A stretch of 64,000 nt of DNA, taken from NCBI GenBank assembly GCA_963710285.1, contig CAVPZT010000006.1:1080838-1144837 (forward strand). Direction: 5' to 3'. Below the pieces are notes generated by a model, which worked only from the letters and a program-made list of their open reading frames with translations, was not told the origin of the DNA and did not search any database. The position numbers and the translations under genes are program-made. The DNA comes from an uncultured Alphaproteobacteria bacterium (lineage in GTDB: Bacteria; Pseudomonadota; Alphaproteobacteria; Rhodobacterales; Rhodobacteraceae). Shown in pieces: positions 10,142 to 18,462 of the stretch. Every line of letters starts with the position of its first letter. Within the stretch, counting starts at the first letter, position 1.

Positions 10142-10217
10142 GCGGCGGCGGCGCCACCACGCGCGGGGCATCCCCCGTGATCTGCCCCCCGAACCGCAAG
10201 ACCCCAAGGAGTCCGCT

Positions 10218-11448
10218 ATGAAACCCTATTCCCGCACGACGCAAAAAGGCCGGTCCGGTCTGCTGGCCGCGATGGTCATTTTCTGCGCACAGGCCAGCAG
10301 CGCCCAACAGATCAGCACTCCGCTGGTCGATACGATGCAGGATCAATGCTTTGATCTTGCAGGTCTGGCCATTGCCTGCCCTGCCGAGGGCGAGGCGCTT
10401 TATGGGCAGGACGCGCAGCATCCGCGCCTTGCGGCGGCCTATGCCGACAATGGCAATGGCACGGTGACAGACACCAACACCGGGTTTGTCTGGCAGAAAA
10501 CCCCGGAACCCGACCGCCTGCAATTCGCCGATGCCATCGGCTATTGCGCGGCGCTGGAGCTGGGCGGTCTGTCCAACTGGCGCGTTCCCACGATCAAGGA
10601 GCTATATTCGCTGGCCGATTTCCGCGGGGAGCTTTTGAAACCCGAAGAGGGCAGCCCGACGCCCTATCTCGACACCACCGCGTTTGACTTTGACTACCCC
10701 GATGCCCAAATGATCTTTGCCGGCCAGTATTGGAGCAGCACGCTTTACGTCAAAGGCCCGATCATGAACGGCCAGAACCAGGGCGCCTTCGGGTTCAACT
10801 TTGCCGATGGCCATATCAAGGCCTACGGCACCGGGCTTGATTTCTTCACTGGCGAAGCCGCCGCCAGCAGCGGGCTTGCCAACGGTCCGGCTGATGGCAA
10901 GGCACCCGGCAACTATGTGCGCTGCGTCAGCGGCGAAGAGGGGGTCTACGGCGTCAACGACTTTGTCGACAACGCCGATGGCACGGTGACCGACGCGGCC
11001 ACGGGCCGGATGTGGCAGCAGGCCGATGACGGCACGCGCCGCGAATGGGCCGAGGCCCTTGCCTATTGCGAGGCGCTGGATCTGGGCGGGCATCAGGACT
11101 GGTATCTGCCGAACTCCAAGGAACTGCAAAGCATCGTCGATTACGACAAGACGGATTTCCCGGCGATTGACACCAGCCGTCTTCGGCATCACCCAGGATT
11201 CCGAAACGCTCGACTACTGGACCAGCACGACCTTCGGCGACATCAAGTCCCACGCCAATGTCATCGTCTTCGGCAAGGCGCTGAGCAAGGCAGGCGATCA
11301 GACCGAGTATACCGACTGGCACGGGGCCGGTGCACAGCGGTCGTCGATCAAGACGCTGACCGGGCAGGCACTGACCGACGAAGATCTCTGTTCGATCAAT
11401 GCCTGCGACGTGGACCGGCCAGACAATCTGGTGCGCTGCGTGCGTTAG
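10218..11448 (+). pseudogene. secreted DUF1566 (Lcl C-terminal domain)-type protein, one frameshift near 11170
   Basis: Signal peptide MKPYSRTTQKGRSGLLAAMVIFCAQASSAQQ. Repeated DUF1566 signatures are present (NWRVPTIKELYSL, DWYLPNSKELQSIV). The C-terminus continues in ORF 11026..11448. Confidence 0.65.
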
Positions 11449-11533
11449 AAGCTACTTGGCACAGTGAGTGACCTCAGCCATGTGCGTCGAGGTCAGTCGA
11501 CAGGCCCGTGTCCCGGAAAGAGGAACCCAGCCC

Positions 11534-11743
11534 ATGACCATCAAGAGCATAAACGGCTGCATCGGTTGCGAGGAATGCGTGAAGTCCTGCCCCTGCGACG
11601 TGATCCGCATGGAGACGGGCAAGGCGGTGATCACCTATCCCGCCGATTGCCAGATCTGCCACCTGTGCCGGATGTATTGCCCGGTCGATGCCATCGAGAT
11701 GTCGCCCGAGAAATCCATTCCCGTCATCGTGCCCTGGGGGTAG
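11534..11743 (+). CDS. 2x[4Fe-4S] ferredoxin (69 aa)
   Basis: Two CxxCxxCxxxCP motifs (CIGCEECVKSCP, CQICHLCRMYCP). The next gene starts 3 nt after its stop. Confidence 0.85.
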   Translation: MTIKSINGCIGCEECVKSCPCDVIRMETGKAVITYPADCQICHLCRMYCPVDAIEMSPEKSIPVIVPWG

Positions 11744-11745
11744 CC

Positions 11746-12427
11746 ATGAAACTCACCGCCAAATCCGCCACCATCCTCACCGCAATCGCCGTCTTCGTCG
11801 GCCTGCCGCTGATGTTCTACGCCCTGGGCGACGCCCCGCGCCGGACGGTGCTGAAAGAGGTCATCTCCATCGCCACGCTGCTGGCCTTCGCCGCGATGCT
11901 CGGCCAGTTCTTCATGGCGCGCAGCAACACCTGGCTTCTGAGCGTCTTCAAGCCGCCGCAGATCCAGAAGGTCCACAAGTATATCGCCTATACGGCGGTC
12001 GGCGGTGATCCTGCTGCATCCCGGTTCTGATCGTGCTGCCGCGCGCGCTCGAGGGCGGTGTGCGCCCTTGGGACGCCTTCGTCACCATGATCACCGACCT
12101 TCGACAGCCTCGGTATCCTGCTGGGCCTTATCGCTTGGGCGTTGCTTCTGGTGCTGGCCGTGACCGCGTTCTTCCGCAAGCCGCTTATCAAGCGCCTCGC
12201 GACCCATTACCGCGGCTGGCGCTATTTTCATGGCGGGCTGGCAGTCAGCTTCACCGTCTTGGCCCTCTGGCATTCCATCACCCTCGGCCGCCACACCGAC
12301 CTCGTCGATGTCGGCACTGCTCGTCATGCTGGCGCTGATCGGTTTCGCCATGTTGGCGAAGCTCTACTGGGGCGGGCCGCCGAAGACGCCCCGACCGAAA
12401 CCCGTTTCCGAAGGAGCCGCGTCATGA
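11746..12427 (+). pseudogene. YedZ/MsrQ-like ferric-reductase-type membrane anchor (b-heme), several frameshifts
   Basis: Hydrophobic protein spread over the frames of ORFs 11464..12030, 12142..12552 and 12230..12427. His residues sit in TM helices (KVHKYIAY, YFHGGLAV, LALWHSI). Its stop overlaps the next start (ATGA at 12424). Confidence 0.55.
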
Positions 12428-14176
12428 CCGCGCCAGCCGACACCACCGCCCCGACCCGCCGCGACGTTCCTCGCGCTTTCCGGTGCTGCCGCCGGGCTGG
12501 CCTCGCTCGGGATGCAGGCGTGGGCGCAGAACGCCGTCGAGATCGACCCTGATGCCATCACCAACACCGACCATGCCACCGACGTCCTGGTGATCGGCGG
12601 CGGCATGGCCGGGCTTTTCGCCGCGGTTAAGGCGCATGACGCGGGCGCTGCCACCATGATCGTCTCGAAGGGGCGATTGGGCTCTTCAGGCCTGACGCCC
12701 TTCGGCAAGGGATTCTTCGTCTTCGACCCAGCGACCGAGACCGGCACCATCGACGATTTCGTCGATGCGGTCTCGCGCTCGGCGCTCGGTACCAACAACC
12801 CGGTCTATACCCGGCAACTGGCCGAGCATTCGATCGATCGCGCAGCCGAATTGCGCGACTGGGGGTATTTCGATCAGACGCTGGCCAACCGTCCCTTCAT
12901 GCGGCCCATCGAAGAACGCGGGATCCCCCTGCTCGAACGGGTGGTCATCACGCATCTCATCAAGGAGGACGGTAGGATCGCGGGGGCGGCGGGCTTCCGG
13001 CTCGACGCCGAGGAGACCGTCACGATCCGCGCCAAATCGGTGATCCTCTGCACCGGTGCGGGCGGCTTCAAGCCAAACGGTTTCCCCCTGGGCGACCTGA
13101 CCCATGACGGCACGGTGATGGCCTACCAGATCGGCGCCAAGGTCACCGGCAAGGAATGGAACGACGGCCATTCCACCCGCAGCGTCAACCCTGCCGCCTG
13201 CTACGACAACTGGGGCGACATGTTCGAGCGGATCCCCTCGACCAACGGCGTCGAGGTGCATCACGATCTGGGCGTGGACATCAACTACCGCGCCTATGTG
13301 CTGGGAAACCCGGTCGAAGGCGGGCCGGGTGCTGCGCAACCGACGGAAGAGATTGCGGGCGGGCCTTTCGTGCCAGAGGAATTTCAGGGGAGAGGTCAAC
13401 CGCCTGGAGCGGCGGATGGAGAAGGCGGGGCACCCGGCGGCCGACCTCCGGGCAAGGGTGGTGCCCCCGGCGGGCCGCCCCCCGGCTTCGCGGCCAGTGC
13501 CAATGTCGGCGGGGCCTCTGCGGGCATGGCGATACACAAGTCCGAAGGGCTGGTGCCGGTGGACGGACACTGCGCCTCCAACATCGCCGGGCTTTACGCG
13601 GCGGGCGATGCACTCGGCAGCCATATGGCGGGCGGGATCTACACCCAGGTCGGCTCGTCGCTGGCCGGTTCCGCCGTGCAGGGCGCCATTGCGGGCGAGG
13701 CGGCAGCGGAATATGCCGCGGGCGTGGACGTGCCGACCATCTCCGACGCGCGCCTGACCGAGATCACCGACGAGATCCTCGCCCCCCTGCGGCGTGAGGC
13801 GGGCTATGGTCCGGCCTGGGTCACCCAGACACTGCAAGGGATCATGATCCCGAACTTCGTCCTCTACATCAAGAAAGCCGCGATGATGCAGGCAGCGCTC
13901 GCCTATATCGAGGAGTTGCGCGACCACCATACGCCGATGCTGCGCGCGGCCAACTTGCACGAACTGCGGCTCGCATTCGAGACCCGCAACATGATCCTTT
14001 CGGCCGAGATGAAACTGCGCGCCTCATTGATGCGCACTGAAAGCCGATGCAGCCACTACCGGCTGGATTATCCGGACTTGGATGACACGAATTGGCGCGC
14101 CTGGATCAACATCTATCGCGGCGAGGACGGAACGATGCAGCTTGAAAAACAGCCCTTCGATAGCTGGCCCGGATAG
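12424..14176 (+). pseudogene. Tat-exported FAD-binding flavoprotein (fumarate reductase/succinate dehydrogenase/AprA-like), frameshift inside the signal peptide
   Basis: MTAPADTTAPTRRD then, after a 1-nt shift, FLALSGAAAGLASLG (twin-arginine signal). ORF 12512..14176 carries DVLVIGGGMAG, GLYAAGD and the C-terminal RTESRCSHYRLDYPDLDD motif. Confidence 0.75.
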
Positions 14177-14831
14177 ATCGGCGGTAGGGGTGTGGCCCTT
14201 CGGAGCGATGCAGCGCGGTGAGCGATGCTGTCCCCGGGCGGTGTGCGCCCTCCATCCTTTGCACGGAATTCTGAGTATGCGCGCGGGGCGATGTGCGATG
14301 AGCAGATGGCGATTGCATTCTCCGCCATAACGCAGCCGCCAAAGCTGCACTCCCCTACGGCACCCATCGAGGATCGGGCGGACTCTCGGTTGACCTGAGC
14401 CTGTCGGCGGACGCACGGGCTCAAAGCATGCTAAAGTGGTCGCGACGCGCCGAGACCTGCCACATGAGTTGCTCACTCCGACGGCCGCTTCGTCCCGCGA
14501 CGCCGACATCACTATTTTCGAGACCGGCGCCTTGCCATCTTCGAAAGCGCTTCGTCGTGCCGCGTGGCGGCGAGTCTCTCCGGCCAACGATGGTACAAAC
14601 CGAAACGCGTTTTGGATTGGCGCCAAGTCCAAAGCGACCCAACATCTCGCATCTCCGCGCCTGAGTTTTCACGATTCATCCATGGCCACGAGGCAGATCC
14701 TGAACGAAAGTGATCCGTAGGTAACAGCGCGGTCTATCATGTACTTGACGCTCGCCCGCATCACATCGTTGCCACATTCGAGAATTCTACTATGACGCGA
14801 CTGCAACGGATTGGTTCGGCGGAGAAAACCT

Positions 14832-16379
14832 ATGCTGCGTTTCACCATATCGCTTGTCGCAGGCGCCTTCTTCTCCACCGCCTCGGCAATAGCGCAGACA
14901 CCGGTCGAACTGGCACGGCATGCGATCGATACCGGCGACTTCGCGGCGCTTGAAACCCTACTCGCGGATCAGACCGAATCGGCGCACGAGACACGAGACT
15001 TATCTGCGCTGCGCGGCCTTTTTGGAACGTTGTTTGAAACGGCGAACTCCGCGCGTCTGGAGCGAGAGGAGGCATGGCTGGCGGCGTATCCCAACTCGGC
15101 CTACGCGGCGTCGGCGCTCGGCTGGTCACACATGCATCTGGCTGTTCTGGCGCGCGGGACAGCGTCAACGCGGTTCACCTCCGGCGAGGCGTTTGCTGCG
15201 CATCGCGAAGAATTGTCGGTGTCGCTGGCGATGACGGATCGGGCCCTCAAGGGCGATCCCGATTTCGTACCGGCGCTCGACCTTGCAATCGTGCTTGCCA
15301 TGTATGGTGGCGGCCAGTCCGCCGTTTCGTCCCTCGTTGAACGAACACTGTCGGTCGCACCAGACCCGCATGCCCTCGTCCTCGGGCTGACGGCGCTCTC
15401 TCCGCGCTGGGGCGGGAGTGTCGGGCAGCAGTTCGCATTGTGCGACACCGCAAAGGATAAGCTGCCAGGCTTCGATGACGACATCTGCCTGATCTATGTC
15501 ACCTTCTCGGAAGGGCTGGACGGTGAGATGCGTCAGAAGGCGCTCGCCGCGCTCGAAAAACGCGACGAGTCCTTGCTCGACTTCGCGCGCGCGGACGCCT
15601 ATCGCCACGAATGGCGCGGCCGACCCGGGGCCGCGGAGAAGTCGATGCAATTCCTCATGCAGAGGATCGGGCCGGGTGCGGGTTTCGACGCCCTCGAAAG
15701 CGATCTTCGCTTGATCGCCCATACCTTCAGGGATCCCTTCTTTGAGATCGATGCCGAGGATGCCATAGTGGCCGCGCTGAGGGAGACGCTGCGCGACAGC
15801 CCCGAAGATTATCGCGTTCTGGGACGGCTTCTTGCCGGCATCTTCGACAATAGCCGCCCGGACGTTGCACTGGAACAGGCGGACGAGGCGCGCGCGCTGT
15901 GGCGCGCGATGCTTGTCCGGGGGCGCTACAATCCCGAGGTCTGGGCGTCCGGCGAACGCCTGGAGCGGTATCTCGGGAGCTGGACCAAACCAGCGCTGAC
16001 AGGTCCCTATGCCGTCAACGAGATCTACTACAGCAATCACGGTTCCAACCCGCTCAGACAGTATGTCATTGACCTTTTCCGGTTGCACGAAATGGCGCGC
16101 CGGCCGGAAACGCTTCCTGCAGGCACCACGCTCGACGACCTCGGCGACGATGTCCTCCTTTGCCCGATGTTCCGCGCGCAGAGGCTTTTCGCCGCTATTT
16201 GCGAGCGTTCGTCGCGGGAGCGCGGATGCAGTTCGGCGGGGGCGGACGCCAACGTGCCCGACGAGGTCCGCCGCCTGATGTCCAGGACCGAAGCCTGCCG
16301 TTGGGAGCGGACTGCACCGGTCGCGGAACTCAGGTTCCAGCCGGTTTCGGTTTCACACTTCCTCGGGGATGACAAATGA
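14832..16379 (+). CDS. secreted protein of unknown function (DUF4034-like helical repeat), paralog 1
   Basis: Intact ORF with signal peptide MLRFTISLVAGAFFSTASAIAQ. It resembles the next gene along its whole length, including the C-terminal motif CPM.R..RL....C....C......C. Confidence 0.6.
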   Translation: MLRFTISLVAGAFFSTASAIAQTPVELARHAIDTGDFAALETLLADQTESAHETRDLSALRGLFGTLFETANSARLEREEAWLAAYPNSAYAASALGWSHMHLAVLARGTASTRFTSGEAFAAHREELSVSLAMTDRALKGDPDFVPALDLAIVLAMYGGGQSAVSSLVERTLSVAPDPHALVLGLTALSPRWGGSVGQQFALCDTAKDKLPGFDDDICLIYVTFSEGLDGEMRQKALAALEKRDESLLDFARADAYRHEWRGRPGAAEKSMQFLMQRIGPGAGFDALESDLRLIAHTFRDPFFEIDAEDAIVAALRETLRDSPEDYRVLGRLLAGIFDNSRPDVALEQADEARALWRAMLVRGRYNPEVWASGERLERYLGSWTKPALTGPYAVNEIYYSNHGSNPLRQYVIDLFRLHEMARRPETLPAGTTLDDLGDDVLLCPMFRAQRLFAAICERSSRERGCSSAGADANVPDEVRRLMSRTEACRWERTAPVAELRFQPVSVSHFLGDDK

Positions 16380-17908
16380 TCCGGATTGCACTGACGCTGA
16401 TATTGCTCATGTTGGCGCACCCGTCGCTGGCGCAGGATCCCGTCGATCAAGTGCGCGCGCTTCTCGACGCCGGTGATGTCGACGGGCTTGAGCAAACCCT
16501 TCGCGCCCTGCACGATGCGCAGCGCGCGGGCGGGAGCGCGGCCGCACTTCGCGCGGTCAACGCGCGGCTCTTCGAGACCACCCACCCGGAGCGAGGTGAA
16601 GTGATCCGGCGCTGGCAGGAGAGTCGTCCGGATTCGGTCTACGCCGCCACGGCCGCGGCGTGGCGGGCGATCAAACTGTTCGAAGCGGTCGGAAACCCCG
16701 ATGACCGCTATCAGGTCCCTGTTTCCCCCGCGGGACTGGCGGCCTATGACAAGGCGAAGAGCGAAGCCCAAACGGCGATGGAGCGCGCGCTCGACCGCGC
16801 GGGCGACTATCCCCCGGCGCGCGATGCCTGGTTCCGGCTGCGTGCGGTCTCTCCGAAACGCGACGGGGTTGGCGAGATGGCCGAGGCCTTGATTTCCAGC
16901 GCGCCAGAGGCTGAGAGCATCCGTGTCATTCTCGCCGCGACGCAATATTGGTCTCCGCATCCCGGGCAGGACGTCCTCGGCGCCTGCCTCACCTACGCGC
17001 CCCTGACACGGGAATATGACGTTGACCGCTGCGTCATCGAGGCGGCCATTGCCTACGATGTCGGAAGCGACCTGCATGACAAGGCCGCCGAGGCGCTAAT
17101 AGGGATGGATGATCCCGCGCTCGACCGGGCACATCTTCAACAGGCGGTATGGGCGAGCGGCCCGGACAGCTGGGATCTCGACCGGATCAAAACCTGGTAT
17201 CGCCGCATGCCGCTTTCGACTGCCGATCTGAACTGGTACGTGACCACCGGTCGCAGGATCGCGTCGATCGGCAAGCGTCCGGAAATCCTCGTCGCCGGAT
17301 CGAACCGGGCGCTCGACGAAATCGCGGTTCGGATACCTGACAATCCTCTGGACCCGTCACTGCGGGCCTTGGAAGCGGCGTTGCGTCTCGAACGATATCT
17401 GCGCGACCATGATGCGGAGGACCTCGCGCTCGCCCGGGAAGCCTGGGAGGCTGGCGTGGTGTACGGCGGCACCTCCGCAGACTATTGGCAAGCGGGCAGC
17501 CTCTTGGCCACTGTCGACAGGGCGCAATGGGACGTCGCGGACGCATTCGTGTTCCACGAGAACGCGATCGCGTATTCCGGGCAGAGCGTCGCCAATCTCG
17601 TGTTCGCCTTTTACTGGATGGATGAAGCGCGCATTGCCGCCGAGATGGCCGACGGCACGTCGGGAGCGGGCGAAGCACGGGAACGGCTCCAATGTCCGAT
17701 GCTCCGCGTGGCCCGGCTTGCCGACGCGCTTTGCAAGAAGGACCCGTCTGCGGCCATGTTCTGCGATCCCGCGCAGCCCCCCTTCGCGCACGGGCCCGAG
17801 GTGCTCGCGTCAGGGCGCGAAACCTGCTCGGAAGTCGCCAACGCACGGCTGTCGTCCATCAAGTTCGAACCCGTTCCCTACGCAGACGTGTCGTTGCCTT
17901 GGAAATAG
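16376..17908 (+). CDS. secreted protein of unknown function (DUF4034-like), paralog 2
   Basis: Intact ORF overlapping the previous stop (ATGA), with signal peptide MIRIALTLILLMLAHPSLAQ. It has the same N-terminal pattern (..DAGD.D.LE..L..) and the same C-terminal Cys pattern as paralog 1. Confidence 0.6.
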   Translation: MIRIALTLILLMLAHPSLAQDPVDQVRALLDAGDVDGLEQTLRALHDAQRAGGSAAALRAVNARLFETTHPERGEVIRRWQESRPDSVYAATAAAWRAIKLFEAVGNPDDRYQVPVSPAGLAAYDKAKSEAQTAMERALDRAGDYPPARDAWFRLRAVSPKRDGVGEMAEALISSAPEAESIRVILAATQYWSPHPGQDVLGACLTYAPLTREYDVDRCVIEAAIAYDVGSDLHDKAAEALIGMDDPALDRAHLQQAVWASGPDSWDLDRIKTWYRRMPLSTADLNWYVTTGRRIASIGKRPEILVAGSNRALDEIAVRIPDNPLDPSLRALEAALRLERYLRDHDAEDLALAREAWEAGVVYGGTSADYWQAGSLLATVDRAQWDVADAFVFHENAIAYSGQSVANLVFAFYWMDEARIAAEMADGTSGAGEARERLQCPMLRVARLADALCKKDPSAAMFCDPAQPPFAHGPEVLASGRETCSEVANARLSSIKFEPVPYADVSLPWK

Positions 17909-18044
17909 GGTCAATCGATGAGGGAAGGGGTGGAGGGATGGAACTGCAAAGCTGGTCGGACGCGCTCTCGCTGAAGGTACGATCTATCGACGTTCCTTTC
18001 GCCTTCCGCCCTCTGGTCGGTCGGGCCGACAGTTGTAGGGTTGC

Positions 18045-18101
18045 TGTCGGCGAAGCTTCTTTACGGCCGACATTAGTGGACAGTCAGTGTCGAGCCGACG
18101 G
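18045..18101 (+). repeat. composite motif B at the tniA-side cargo boundary
   Basis: TGTCGGC-gaagcttctttacg-GCCGACA, then TTAGTGGA, then cagtcag-TGTCGAGCCGACGG. It has the same layout and orientation as 5798..5855 (shared CGACATT..TGGA followed by TGTCGA). Confidence 0.5.
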
Positions 18102-18409
18102 CATCCGAACTTGTCAACATCCGCGCTGTAAGGACATTCCCCTCTCAACACGGCAAAGAATCTATTTCCACCCGAGTTGCTGTTTAACGCGGTCGCTAAC
18201 AGCCGAGGCTGTGTGGAAGCCCATGAAGAGACTGACACACCGGCACAACTCTGATGATGTGACCGTCCTCCTTTGTGGATCGTCGCAGACCCACCTTGGC
18301 ACATCGATGCCGTCGGGGGGCGGTCACATCATCAAAGCCGACAAACACCTATCGGCATTTCAGAAATTCTAATGCGATGCCTCGGGAACGCGTGCCGCGG
18401 AATTGAAAA

Positions 18410-18433
18410 CGCCGGCAGATGAATCTGCCGGCG
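18410..18433 (-). terminator. hairpin terminator downstream of tniA
   Basis: CGCCGGCAGA-tgaa-TCTGCCGGCG, a 10-bp stem about 30 nt after the tniA stop, followed on the minus strand by TTTTCAATT. Confidence 0.65.
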
Positions 18434-18462
18434 TGTCCCTCCTGGGGTTAATCGATGAAGCG

